A stretch of DNA of 64,000 nucleotides from PVC group bacterium (lineage in GTDB: Bacteria > Omnitrophota > Gorgyraeia > B26-G9). Under the pieces are notes generated by a model, which saw nothing but the letters and a program-made list of their open reading frames with translations, was not told the DNA's origin and searched no databases. The stretch lies in the NCBI GenBank assembly GCA_024231215.1, contig JAAEQR010000072.1, positions 129,210 to 193,209 of the forward strand, read 5' to 3'. This document shows positions 27,854-38,264 of the stretch, piece after piece. Each line of letters opens with the position of its first letter. The stretch's first letter is position 1. The position numbers and the translations under genes are program-made.

Positions 27854-29494
27854 TTGACAGATTTTTATAAGAAATTACAATATGCCAGCCTAATTTTGAT
27901 CATCTTTTCATGTATTTCCCCCGTAAGTGCCCAAGAAGAGACATTTCTAAAAACCAAAATTGAAAAAATTGGTAATTCTAAGCGAAGTGAAATTAATCAG
28001 ATAAATCAGGTATTACGTAATCTGGATATTCCCAAAGAAATAGGTATGGTTAAAGAAACTTATATGCCTCGCAGTCCGAAGGCTAATCTTATTATTACAA
28101 TTCAGGATTTACATTGCCATTATCAAGCCCAAAAAAACATTGCTGCTATACTAAATTATCTTACTAATAATTTTGCGTTAAAACTTATCAGTATTGAAGG
28201 GGGCGCAGGTCCGATCGATACGGTGTTTTACCGTGAGTTGCCGGATGAAAGAATCAAAGAACAGGTAGCAGAATATTTTTTAAAAGAAGCTCGTATTAAC
28301 GGTACAGAGTATTTTGCGATAACGACAAATAAAGAAATTGCGCTTTATGGAGCTGAAGATTCTAAATATTATGATTGGAATTTAGAGGCGTTTTTAGATG
28401 CTTTGCCGAAACGGGAAAAAATACTTAAAGATGTTGCGGTTTTAGAAAATGCACTGAATATCTTGAAAGATCGTATATATAATAAGCGGTTAAAAGAATT
28501 AGATAATTATATAGTTGCTTATGAAAATAAAACGATATCATTTGAAGACTATATTTTAAATATAGAAAAACAGTATTCTAAGACTAAACTAATTAGAGAT
28601 TTTAAGCAGGTTGCTCAACTTGCCGAAAGTATTCATATAAAAAGAGAAGTTAATTTGGTAGCAGCAGAAAAACAACGAGGTGAATTAATTGATTATTTAT
28701 CAACAAAATTGCCCAGGAGAGAATTAGAAGAATTTTTACGAATCACTTTAGAGTTTAAGACCAAGACGGTAAAGGCATCGGAGTATCATAGTAAACTGAA
28801 AGAACTTTATGAGAAGACTATTGAAAAAACAAAGACTTTTGAACAGAATTGGCCGGATCTTAGTGAATATATCGTTTATTTGGATAAATATGAGACGTTG
28901 GATGATATTGAGCTTTTTAATGAAATAGATAAAGCTTTGGATGGAATAAAAAATAGTCTATATACAAGTTATACTCAAAAAAAGTTAGACCGAAATTTAA
29001 CAATAATACGCTTAGCGAGAAACCTTTTCTCCACAAAATTACTGCCACGGGATTTGCCGATAATCGATAAATATCGTAATGAGTTCAATGCGAAAAAAAT
29101 GGCTAAATTTATTAAACGTCAATCAAGAAGATTAACCCTTGATTTGCCGGTTCCAGCAGAATTAGAAGATATAGAAGATACTTTGCCGATGGTGGAAGAT
29201 TTTTATTATTATGCTTCACAGCGTAATGAAATTTTAGTAGACAATACTCTGGCATATATGAAGAAAGAAAACCAAGATGTGGGAATATTAATAACCGGTG
29301 GTTTTCATACCGATGGGATAACCGAGGATTTACGCGATAAACGTATTCCGTATGTTGTAGTAATTCCTCAAATAGATGCTCTTGAAGAGAATGATACTCG
29401 TTATATTGATGCCCTGAAGGGAAAAAAGACCCGTTTTGAAACAATGTTGGAAGGGGCAACTGATTCTGTACGAGATTTCTATTTTGGGAAGTAA
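27854..29494 (+). CDS. exported TraB/GumN/TIKI-family protein (putative)
   Basis: TTG start preceded by GGGGGAG. Signal peptide present. C-terminal VGILITGGFHTDGITEDLRDKRIPYVVV resembles the TraB/GumN GxxHLxG...V motif. Confidence 0.35.
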   Translation: MTDFYKKLQYASLILIIFSCISPVSAQEETFLKTKIEKIGNSKRSEINQINQVLRNLDIPKEIGMVKETYMPRSPKANLIITIQDLHCHYQAQKNIAAILNYLTNNFALKLISIEGGAGPIDTVFYRELPDERIKEQVAEYFLKEARINGTEYFAITTNKEIALYGAEDSKYYDWNLEAFLDALPKREKILKDVAVLENALNILKDRIYNKRLKELDNYIVAYENKTISFEDYILNIEKQYSKTKLIRDFKQVAQLAESIHIKREVNLVAAEKQRGELIDYLSTKLPRRELEEFLRITLEFKTKTVKASEYHSKLKELYEKTIEKTKTFEQNWPDLSEYIVYLDKYETLDDIELFNEIDKALDGIKNSLYTSYTQKKLDRNLTIIRLARNLFSTKLLPRDLPIIDKYRNEFNAKKMAKFIKRQSRRLTLDLPVPAELEDIEDTLPMVEDFYYYASQRNEILVDNTLAYMKKENQDVGILITGGFHTDGITEDLRDKRIPYVVVIPQIDALEENDTRYIDALKGKKTRFETMLEGATDSVRDFYFGK

Positions 29495-29704
29495 GTTCTG
29501 CGATAATCTGCTCAAAATTTGACCTATTAGTGTAACGAGTTGAAATAAAAAGAGTTACTGCCGAATTTTTTATTCAAAAACCTCCTGTATAGTATTGAAA
29601 ATAATATAAATATATGATATACTTTAATATCTTTTTTAACTTCGAAGAAAAAGTTCCTAACATGTTTATTTTATTTGAGTTAACTGTTTAGCAGAAATAA
29701 GGTT

Positions 29705-30451
29705 ATGAAATTAGTCCAAAATAGAAAATTTAGCTGGGTTCTCAGATTTAGCGTAATGCTGCTTATCCAGGCAGTGTTGACGGTAAATACTGTCTGGGCA
29801 AGTTTGGACAGTAATACCTTGGCACCTAGACTTGCGGTTAATATAGAAAGTTTTAAAGAGAAAATAGCAGTTTCTAGAATAACTTTAGATAAGTATTTAC
29901 AAAAAGAAGAGAAGCGAAGGGTACGGGCAGAAAAGCGTCAGAGAGAAAAGCTGGAGAGGAAAAAAGAAGCTGCCGAACTTAAAGGTGAGTATGAAAAATA
30001 TAAAAAATATACTATTGGTGATCTTAGAAAAAAACTTAAGCTGGGTAAGGAAATATTAGTATCGAATTTTCAGATAGTTCCGGGCATAGGTAATATTCGA
30101 GCAGCTGTTATTGGCAATGAAGTATTACTTAGAAGTCAGAATGCAACATTATGGCTTACATTTCGGTATGATGGGACAGAGATTTTTATCGGAGGTAAAA
30201 AGTTTTACAGAATTGAGAATGAAAATGTTTTGGTAGATGATGACAATTATGAAAATAGAATAAAACTGGAACAAGTTGGAAATCGACTTATTCTTGATTT
30301 AGATAAAATAACTGGGAATAAAGATATAGATAGATTTTTTGGACGAAAGAAACAAAAAGCAACAACTGAATTATCAGAAGGATTAATTAAAGATAGGATC
30401 CCGGATACACCTGAGGAGTTGTTAGGTTTATTGCTGGAACAGGCGATATAG
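29705..30451 (+). CDS. exported hypothetical protein
   Basis: Signal peptide ...VMLLIQAVLTVNTVWAS shares the MLIQ..T.NTVWA core with the next gene. No known domain. Confidence 0.4.
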   Translation: MKLVQNRKFSWVLRFSVMLLIQAVLTVNTVWASLDSNTLAPRLAVNIESFKEKIAVSRITLDKYLQKEEKRRVRAEKRQREKLERKKEAAELKGEYEKYKKYTIGDLRKKLKLGKEILVSNFQIVPGIGNIRAAVIGNEVLLRSQNATLWLTFRYDGTEIFIGGKKFYRIENENVLVDDDNYENRIKLEQVGNRLILDLDKITGNKDIDRFFGRKKQKATTELSEGLIKDRIPDTPEELLGLLLEQAI

Positions 30452-30471
30452 TTGGTTAATAGTGAGAGTAG

Positions 30472-32652
30472 TTGATAGTTATGAATAGAAATTCCAGAAT
30501 AATAGTTAAATTAGTGATTATCATGCTTATACAGATGATGATGACGGGGAATACTGTCTGGGCTTTGTCTCCTCATATACAAGTGCAAAATGCAGAGATG
30601 AGAAATGTATTTACTGACTCTGCTATTGATCAGGCACTTGAATATGAAAGAAAAATTCATGAAGAACTCAAACAAGAATTTGACAAGTCAAGAATTTGCA
30701 ATTTACCTAATAGGCAAAGATTTTTAGAAGATTTAGTCGAGGATCTGGATCAGGGGAAAAAGATTCAGGCGGTATATCTTAATATTCAAAATTTCAAGGG
30801 GGAATTTAATGATTTTGGGGATGCTTTGGATGAACTGGCAAAGTGGTATAAACAGGATAAAATGAGTGTTATTGGACATGAATTTGGCGATTTTGGGATT
30901 CAGGCTGTTGCTGAGTATTTGACAACATCGTTAAGGCAGATGCTGGGACAGACAGGGAATAGTAATGTCACATTCAAGATTTATAATGATGCAAAAAGTT
31001 TCTGGGTTATATTTGAGGATTTACCGGACTGGTTTGATGCTAAAGAAATTTTAGTTAAACTTCTGTCAGATGATTTTGCTTTTAAAAGTAATGTGGTTAA
31101 GAGAATTAAACAACGTATGGAAGAAAGAATTCAAAACAAAGAGCAAACAGGAGAAGTTGATTTAGTAAAAGCTAAAAAATTGAGAAATAGAATGAAAGAA
31201 TTTAATGAAAATAATTTTAATATCTATGCAGGTGTTTCCCAATTATTTACTCGCCAGAAAAATCAGAGTATTATTGCTACAGCTCATACTATAGATTCAC
31301 AGGTTCTTTTAGCTGCAAAATTTGCGCAGTTTAATTTGATAAATCATGATTTGGCAGCTGAGCAGAAAAAAAGGGTTAATGATGAAGAAGGACTGAAACA
31401 GTGGTTGAGGGGGGTTGTAGCAGAGTGTCGTGAGGCAAGAAAAAGCCGGGTAGAATCGTTTAACTTGGACTTGAGAAAGAAAGTGAGATTATACAAAAAA
31501 TATGGTCAAAGAGAAGAGTTGGAATCGATTTATACCCCTATTAAACAAGTATACGATGATGCCAATACTTATAAAAAACTTATGCAGAGATATGAAGCAG
31601 CATTGGAGACTAAAGATATTAATTTGATAAAAGAAGTTAAAAAAAATGCTTTCTGGAAGATGGTTGTATATCCTTTGGGTGATTTTTTAGATGGAATTGC
31701 AGCCAGACCAATATTCTCAGGAAATCAGAGAGTTGCGGATATGATAAATCATATAGTATTAAATCAGCCAGACCGGAATTGGTCAGGTACGTTTAAAATT
31801 GGTGGGGATGAATTTGTTAAGATAGTATGGGAAGCTGGAGAAGATAGATTATATAGTTATATTTACAGTTTTGATGTGAATAATTTAGGTCGAACTAATA
31901 TTCAATGGGGGGTAAGAGTTGGCGATATGCTTTTAGATACTATGGTCTGGCTGTTTGATGAACTGGAAAACCCAGATATGGAATATATCTATAAGTTTTT
32001 CCGGAACGAGAATAAAAAAGTAAAGAATTTTCGTGATTTAAATGTAGAGATTACAGCGAATGACTATGCATATCTTAGGGTGATGATGTCGGAAAATGGC
32101 AGAGATATTGAGGACTATACTTATACTAGAGATGGTAAGTACTATTTAGAACAAATACCTCCGGTACGGGTAGAAGTAGAAGATGAAAAGACAGGTGAAA
32201 TGACAGAGTATTATTCTACGCCTTTTGCGGCAATAGGTATGGTTCATGTTGATACGAAAGTAGTGCACAGGGCAAAATTAAGTAATGCTGAACCATTTAA
32301 TATCTACAGAAATTACGGTCCGGTACGTGGTCGTGCTGATAGTGCTTCATTAAGGGTAAAGGAATTTATAAAAAAATATCAACTTTATAATGGCGGAAAT
32401 GTTTCTCCTGATGCTCTTAAGAAAGCGAAAAGAAGGATGGAAGCTGACGCTTTGGAAGAAAAAGCTATTATTACGTTTAAAGAAGAAAAAATGTCGTTAT
32501 TGCAAAGAGAATTAGCAGAGTTTATTTTTGCACATTATGTTGAGCTTTCTGACCCGAGCAATAGTTCAAGAGATCAGGATGCGAATATTATTACCCAGGA
32601 TCATTTAAACGGGATGGAAGTGTCGTCTGAGTTGTGTGAACAGGCGATTTAA
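30472..32652 (+). CDS. large exported or membrane-anchored hypothetical protein containing a literal GGDEF motif
   Basis: Signal/anchor ...IIMLIQMMMTGNTVWAL. Internal ...GNQRVADMINHIV...FKIGGDEFVKIV and an earlier NIQNFKGEFNDFGDALDEL segment weakly resemble GGDEF-domain blocks. Confidence 0.35.
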   Translation: MIVMNRNSRIIVKLVIIMLIQMMMTGNTVWALSPHIQVQNAEMRNVFTDSAIDQALEYERKIHEELKQEFDKSRICNLPNRQRFLEDLVEDLDQGKKIQAVYLNIQNFKGEFNDFGDALDELAKWYKQDKMSVIGHEFGDFGIQAVAEYLTTSLRQMLGQTGNSNVTFKIYNDAKSFWVIFEDLPDWFDAKEILVKLLSDDFAFKSNVVKRIKQRMEERIQNKEQTGEVDLVKAKKLRNRMKEFNENNFNIYAGVSQLFTRQKNQSIIATAHTIDSQVLLAAKFAQFNLINHDLAAEQKKRVNDEEGLKQWLRGVVAECREARKSRVESFNLDLRKKVRLYKKYGQREELESIYTPIKQVYDDANTYKKLMQRYEAALETKDINLIKEVKKNAFWKMVVYPLGDFLDGIAARPIFSGNQRVADMINHIVLNQPDRNWSGTFKIGGDEFVKIVWEAGEDRLYSYIYSFDVNNLGRTNIQWGVRVGDMLLDTMVWLFDELENPDMEYIYKFFRNENKKVKNFRDLNVEITANDYAYLRVMMSENGRDIEDYTYTRDGKYYLEQIPPVRVEVEDEKTGEMTEYYSTPFAAIGMVHVDTKVVHRAKLSNAEPFNIYRNYGPVRGRADSASLRVKEFIKKYQLYNGGNVSPDALKKAKRRMEADALEEKAIITFKEEKMSLLQRELAEFIFAHYVELSDPSNSSRDQDANIITQDHLNGMEVSSELCEQAI

Positions 32653-32768
32653 TGCTTCGACAAACTCACCACTAGAATATCTATGATTAATCAATCCATA
32701 TAACACATATATTTGTCTTGCCTTATGATTTCTAAATGTTAGAATATGTTTTGTAAGGGGGAAAGTAT

Positions 32769-34931
32769 ATGCCTATTTATAATTCTAGACAGAAAATAAA
32801 ATCAGGAATGACGCTTGGCGGTATTGGTGCAGGCAAGCTGGAAATCACTCCTTACGGAACCATAGATTATCTGACTCTCCAGAACAATTGGACTAATCCG
32901 CTAAAAAATCAAACCAATCAGGAAAAAGCAAAAGCACAGGGAGTGGCTGGTTTTCATTTTGCGTTGCATGTTAATACGCAGGCTGCGGTTGTCTGTAAGC
33001 TCTTACAGACAGAAAAAATCCAGGATTACAATACAATTAAACATATAGATTTTAATGCAAAGTTTCCGTTTGCCAATCTTACTTATAAAGATGATAATCT
33101 TCCGGTGGAGATATCCCTTTGTGCATATTCTTTTTTAATCCCCGGAGATGTTAAACATTCCAGCCTTCCGGCCGTGGTATTTGAATTCCAGATAAAAAAT
33201 AAGATTCATAAGGAAATAGAAGTAGGATTATTATCTATAGGCAGAAATATTATAAGCTGTAATTCGGTAGGTCGTTTTAATGCTTTGCGGAAGGAAGGTA
33301 AGCTTATAGGCATAGAATTTTCTCATGAAAAACCTTTGGCACATGATACAACTGCGGGAGATATGTTTATGGCTGTGCCTAAGAAGAGTGGAGAGATTAG
33401 TTTTTGGAGCCAGTGGAATATGCAGCGTGAGAAGTTTTGTTTTGAGCCGAATGTTGGGCTTGATGCTTTCGAGTATTTTGAAAAAGAAGGTTGTTTGCCG
33501 AATATAACTTCACATAAACCGACAGAAAGTCAGAGTGTTGAGCTCGGTGCTGCTTTGGCGGTAAATTCTACCCTTAAACCGCATGAACAGAAAAAAATAC
33601 CCTTTATTCTAACCTGGAATTTTCCGCGGCATTTTCAGGGACATTTTTATGAACGCGGTTTTAATAAAAGTCGGGATACTGCAGTTTATATATCAAAAAA
33701 CTTAGATAATTTAAAAGGTTCTACGACACAGCTGCCGATGATTTTAAATGAAATGGAGACTCCTGACTGGCTTAATGATGCTTTGATGAATAATTTATAT
33801 CCATTATTTTCTTCTACATGGTTTACCCGAAAGTCTGATTTTACGATGTATGAAGCACCGTTGTGTTGTCCTTTGATGGGAACTCTGGATGTGTATTTTT
33901 ATGCTTCTGTAGCTGTGGGATTTCTTTTCCCGGGGTTAGATAAACGTGCGCTTATGCTTTTTAAAAAGAATATGCGTAAATCAGGATATGTGCCGCACGA
34001 TATTGGCTATGAACGTATTGATTTACCGTCTAACGGGACAACTACTCCATTGTGGAAGGATCTTAATTCTAAACTTATTTTGCTTGTATATAAGGCGTAT
34101 TTAGGTTCAGGAGATCTAAAGTTTTTAAAAGAAATGTATCCAGCCCTTAAGAGAGCATTTGTATTCAGTCTGACGTATGATAAAAACGGAGATGGGTTAC
34201 CTGATAATGAAGGATTTGATACAACGTTTGATACTTGGGGCTTTACCGGAGCTAGTTCCTATAATGGCGGGGTGTTTTTAGTCGGACTTTTGGCGCTTAA
34301 ACGTATTGCAGAGATATTGAATGATAAAAAAACAGCTTTAAAATGTGTGCAGAGCTTTATGCGGGGAAGAAAGACAATGGAAGAAACGCTTTGGAACGGA
34401 AAATACTATATTACTGCTCTAAGCGATAATAAGAAATATGATTCATGCATGGTTGCCCAGCTTTTCGGGCAATGGTACGCATATCTTTTAGGATTGGGTC
34501 GAATGTTTCCGGAAGAAAATATCAAAAATTCAATTAGTTGGATATTTAAGTTAAATAATAACGATTCTCCGTTTGGAGCTACGAATTCTGTGTTTTTAAA
34601 CCGAAAGCGTGATGAACAGTACTATCACTCACGTAATATCTGGCCTGGAGTATGTTATTCTTTTGCCGCACTGGCTATCCATGAAGGTTTTGTAAAAGAA
34701 GGACTGAAATTAACGAAGAAAGTCTGGGATACTTTGAGTGTGAAAAATAAGAATCCCTGGAATCAGCCGGATGTAATAATTGCAAAAGACGGGAGTTTTG
34801 GGTTTGGTGATTATTATATGAGAAATATGGTGATCTGGGCGGTTCTTTTGGCTTTAGCGGAAAAAGATAAAAAAGTCAGAAGAGGGTTGGAAAAGATAAA
34901 AGAATTAGTGAATTCTCACATCACGCCTTAA
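32769..34931 (+). CDS. glycoside hydrolase family 116 (GBA2-type beta-glucosidase/glucosylceramidase family)
   Basis: N-terminal ...GMTLGGIGAGKLEITPYGTI...NNW matches the GH116 N-domain start. C-terminal (alpha/alpha)6-like region with DGLPDNEGFDTTFDTWGFTGASSYNGG. Confidence 0.65.
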   Translation: MPIYNSRQKIKSGMTLGGIGAGKLEITPYGTIDYLTLQNNWTNPLKNQTNQEKAKAQGVAGFHFALHVNTQAAVVCKLLQTEKIQDYNTIKHIDFNAKFPFANLTYKDDNLPVEISLCAYSFLIPGDVKHSSLPAVVFEFQIKNKIHKEIEVGLLSIGRNIISCNSVGRFNALRKEGKLIGIEFSHEKPLAHDTTAGDMFMAVPKKSGEISFWSQWNMQREKFCFEPNVGLDAFEYFEKEGCLPNITSHKPTESQSVELGAALAVNSTLKPHEQKKIPFILTWNFPRHFQGHFYERGFNKSRDTAVYISKNLDNLKGSTTQLPMILNEMETPDWLNDALMNNLYPLFSSTWFTRKSDFTMYEAPLCCPLMGTLDVYFYASVAVGFLFPGLDKRALMLFKKNMRKSGYVPHDIGYERIDLPSNGTTTPLWKDLNSKLILLVYKAYLGSGDLKFLKEMYPALKRAFVFSLTYDKNGDGLPDNEGFDTTFDTWGFTGASSYNGGVFLVGLLALKRIAEILNDKKTALKCVQSFMRGRKTMEETLWNGKYYITALSDNKKYDSCMVAQLFGQWYAYLLGLGRMFPEENIKNSISWIFKLNNNDSPFGATNSVFLNRKRDEQYYHSRNIWPGVCYSFAALAIHEGFVKEGLKLTKKVWDTLSVKNKNPWNQPDVIIAKDGSFGFGDYYMRNMVIWAVLLALAEKDKKVRRGLEKIKELVNSHITP

Positions 34932-34943
34932 AATGGGGTTAAA

Positions 34944-34972
34944 TTGCAAATCCTGCCTGTATATGCTATACT
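34944..34972 (+). promoter_or_regulatory. candidate smpB promoter
   Basis: TTGCAA, 17-nt spacer, TATACT, 9 nt upstream of the smpB ATG. Confidence 0.4.
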
Positions 34973-34980
34973 AACAAGCT

Positions 34981-35436
34981 ATGGAAAATAAGGTTATTGC
35001 GAGGAATAAAACGGCATTCCATCGCTACGATATCATTGAAAAAATCGAAGCAGGTATTGCTCTTAAAGGCACGGAAGTGAAGTCGCTTCGTAAGCATAAT
35101 GTTGATTTAAAAGACAGTTATGCCAGGGTCTCTAACGGTGAAGTATTTATTCACAATATGTATATAACTCCTTATGAAGAAGCTAGTTATAACAATGAAG
35201 AACCGCGACGTATTCGTAAGCTTTTATTGCATAAAAGAGAAATAGACAAACTCCTGGGTAAAGTACACCAGAAGAGCCTGACTATAATTCCGTTAAGCTT
35301 GTATTTTAATAATAAAGGAAAAGCTAAAATTGAACTGGCTGTGGCTAAAGGCCGGAAGATATATGACCAAAGGGAAAAGATAAAGAAGAAGGAAGTAGAA
35401 ATACAGTTACGCAAAGTCCAGAGTTTTAGAAAATAA
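34981..35436 (+). CDS. smpB: SsrA-binding protein
   Basis: Collinear with SmpB (…FHRYDIIEKIEAGIALKGTEVKSLR…). 151 aa. Immediately upstream of the tmRNA. Confidence 0.9.
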   Translation: MENKVIARNKTAFHRYDIIEKIEAGIALKGTEVKSLRKHNVDLKDSYARVSNGEVFIHNMYITPYEEASYNNEEPRRIRKLLLHKREIDKLLGKVHQKSLTIIPLSLYFNNKGKAKIELAVAKGRKIYDQREKIKKKEVEIQLRKVQSFRK

Positions 35437-35522
35437 TAGGTTCTTTGAAATCACAATACCTTTTTATATTAATTACGTTTTTTGGATTTTATTTTGTTGT
35501 TAATTTGTAATTTTTGTATTGG

Positions 35523-35954
35523 GGGGGTGAAAGGTTTCGACTTAGGTTAATTTAGTAAGAGCAGCATGTCGAGGTGGTCGGGAGGCCTCGTAAAACACCT
35601 GACAAACACATAAACGCTGAAAGTAAAATTCCAGCTAGCGTAGATTCACTCATTTCAAAAATTGGTGAGGGTATTTCTCATCCGGTTTTTGGAGGAATGG
35701 CTCTAAGCCCAAGTGTTGCTTTAAGATAAAGCAACCCGCTTTTTAGTGAGTGTCTGTGGCATTAAAAAGCGTCATAAGCAGGCTCGTTAAATATGGTTAG
35801 TTTTTGACATATTTGATTAAACATTTCAAAAGCTGCCTTTGCAAGTATCTTGTTTGTCGGAGACTTGTTGAGAAAGATTAAATGACAGACTAAACATGTA
35901 GATACTCTTATTGGTTTCTTAAGGACGCGGGTTCAATTCCCGCCACCTCCACCA
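35523..35954 (+). ncRNA. ssrA: tmRNA (ssrA)
   Basis: 5' GGGGGUG pairs with 3' CACCUCC-ACCA, with a G3-U70 wobble. 3' tRNA-like end GGACGCGGGTTCAATTCCCGCCACCTCCACCA. Candidate resume codon GCU at 35616. Confidence 0.85.
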
Positions 35955-36008
35955 TTCGACGTGGTTGCTCATGGTGAACCAGATTACAGTAGTTTTTGAA
36001 GGAATTTC

Positions 36009-37097
36009 ATGTTGGCTAGAAAACAGCGTTGCGATATAGTTATATGTTTTTTTATTTGTAGCCTGTTGATAAGCGGGTGTGCTTCATCAAAGGCGTTGAA
36101 GAGGACAGATGGAGCACAGCTTAGAATAGACAAAAAACATTATTTGAAACTTACTGATGTTTGTTCAGAACATGGGGTATCATGGCAATGGGACGGATTT
36201 TCTGATATTGTTATCGTTAAAAAGCTTAATCGAGAAATAAGATTATACCCCGGAAGTTCTTTGATACTGCATAACGGCCAGATTCAGGACATGTATATGC
36301 CGGTACAAATTAGTAAAGGGTTGATATTGGTCCCCATATCTTTTTTGAATTTGGTTGCAGATGGGCCTAAGGACTTCATTGATCAGGAAAAGGAATATAC
36401 TCTTGGCATAGAGAGAGTTGTTATTGACCCTGGCCACGGAGGTAAAGATCCTGGAGCAAGTAGTAATGGTATACAGGAAAAAAATATTGCTTTAGATGTT
36501 GCACAACGTTTAAAACAGGAGCTGGTTAAGCAGGGAATTCAGGTCATTATGACTCGTGATACAGATGTGTTCATTCCGTTACATGAACGCGCTGAGATTG
36601 CTAACCGGGCAAAGGCGGATTTTTTTATTAGTATACATGTGAATGCTTCTACTTCTAGTACTCCACATGGCTTTGAGGCGTTTTATTTATCAGATAAATA
36701 TGATAATTTTTCTAAAGCAGTACAAATAAGAGAAAATGCGGTTGTTAAATTAGAGAAAGGAAGCGAGCATAAATATACTACGGATTTAAATGCAACACTT
36801 TGGGATATGATTTTAGCTGAAAACCGGATTGAATCAATTGAAATGGCTTATGCGATTTCCGAAAAAATGGAAAGAATGTTACATTTAAAAACACGATATA
36901 TTAAAGGTGCTAATTTTTATGTATTAAAAGGCACTTGTGTCCCGGCAGTATTATTGGAAATCGGTTATCTGACAAATGGTACAGAAGGGGCAAGGCTTAA
37001 TAATGTTTATTATCGGCAGATGATTGCAGAAACAATTGCTGCGGGTATTGTTGGTTATAAAGAGCGTTTTGAACTAACGAATGGATTTAGCAGATGA
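36009..37097 (+). CDS. N-acetylmuramoyl-L-alanine amidase (Amidase_3 family)
   Basis: VVIDPGHGGKDPGA ... FISIHVNAS Amidase_3 zinc-site motifs, a lipoprotein-like N-terminus, and an upstream AMIN-like region. Confidence 0.75.
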   Translation: MLARKQRCDIVICFFICSLLISGCASSKALKRTDGAQLRIDKKHYLKLTDVCSEHGVSWQWDGFSDIVIVKKLNREIRLYPGSSLILHNGQIQDMYMPVQISKGLILVPISFLNLVADGPKDFIDQEKEYTLGIERVVIDPGHGGKDPGASSNGIQEKNIALDVAQRLKQELVKQGIQVIMTRDTDVFIPLHERAEIANRAKADFFISIHVNASTSSTPHGFEAFYLSDKYDNFSKAVQIRENAVVKLEKGSEHKYTTDLNATLWDMILAENRIESIEMAYAISEKMERMLHLKTRYIKGANFYVLKGTCVPAVLLEIGYLTNGTEGARLNNVYYRQMIAETIAAGIVGYKERFELTNGFSR

Positions 37098-37903
37098 AAA
37101 CTTCAAGACCGATTGGTATTTTTGATTCCGGGATGGGTGGGTTAACTGTTGTTAAAGAGATTACCCGTATTTTACCGCAGGAAGACATTGTTTATTTTGG
37201 TGATACAGCAAGAGTTCCTTATGGGCCTAAGTCTGAGGAAACAGTAATTCGTTTTTCTATCGAAAATATTCTTTTTCTATTAAAATATAATGTTAAATTA
37301 ATTGTTGTAGCTTGTAACACTGCTTCGAGTGTTGCGTTACCTACACTGAAAAAACATTTTAAAATTCCGCTTTTAGGTGTGATTGAGCCAGGGGCGGAAA
37401 AGGCAGTTGGTATTACAAAAAATAGAAAAGTAGGAGTTATTGGTACCAAGACTACAATTAAAAGTGGAGCGTATAAGCGGAATATAAAAGAAAATGCTGC
37501 GGATGTGAATGTGTACAGTGCTTCTTGTCCGCTTTTTGTGCCATTGGTGGAGGAGGGCTGGTTTAATCATCCGATAACAAAGAAGATTGCTTATGAATAT
37601 CTGGATCCGCTTAAGGCTAAAGGCATAGATAGTGTTGTTTTAGGATGTACGCATTATCCTTTGCTTAAACCAGTGATCAGGCAGGTATTGGGTAAGAATG
37701 TTGCTTTGATTGATTCTGCGAAGCAGGTTGCTCAGCAGTCAAGGTTGATCTTGGAGCAGAATAACTTAATTAGAAAGAGGAATAAATCTCAAGTAGCTAA
37801 GGTTAGATTTTTTGTTAGTGATGAACCGGAAAACTTTGCCCGACAGGGGAGTAAATTTCTCGGGGTTCCATTGCACGATGTGAGGAAGGTGTCTAATGTT
37901 TGA
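37094..37903 (+). CDS. murI: glutamate racemase
   Basis: IGIFDSGMGGLTV ... VVACNTAS ... LGCTHYP catalytic Cys motifs. Confidence 0.85.
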   Translation: MKTSRPIGIFDSGMGGLTVVKEITRILPQEDIVYFGDTARVPYGPKSEETVIRFSIENILFLLKYNVKLIVVACNTASSVALPTLKKHFKIPLLGVIEPGAEKAVGITKNRKVGVIGTKTTIKSGAYKRNIKENAADVNVYSASCPLFVPLVEEGWFNHPITKKIAYEYLDPLKAKGIDSVVLGCTHYPLLKPVIRQVLGKNVALIDSAKQVAQQSRLILEQNNLIRKRNKSQVAKVRFFVSDEPENFARQGSKFLGVPLHDVRKVSNV

Positions 37904-38264
37904 AATAAGTGTTGTCTCAAATTTTAGTGCGGCACATAATTTGCTTAATTATAAGGGTAAGTGTGAGAATTTACACGGTCATAATTGGCAGGTCGAAGCA
38001 GTGTTTGGCGCAGAAGAGTTGGATAAAAGTGAAATGGTTATGGATTTCAAAGATGCCAAAAAGATCTTGAAAAATATTTTAAGATCTTTTGATCATAGTT
38101 ATATAAATGATACAGAGCATTTTAAAAAGATGAGTCCTACTTCGGAAAACATTGCTCGCTTTATTTTTAAGTGTTTGGTTGAAAAAACAAAACATCGTAA
38201 ATATCGGGTATTAAGAGTTAGTGTTTGGGAAACCCCTGGAAGTAAGGCTACTTACTATGAATGA
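37896..38264 (+). CDS. queD: 6-carboxy-5,6,7,8-tetrahydropterin synthase
   Basis: FSAAHNL...CENLHGHNWQVE PTPS/QueD motif. 122 aa. Confidence 0.85.
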   Translation: MFEISVVSNFSAAHNLLNYKGKCENLHGHNWQVEAVFGAEELDKSEMVMDFKDAKKILKNILRSFDHSYINDTEHFKKMSPTSENIARFIFKCLVEKTKHRKYRVLRVSVWETPGSKATYYE

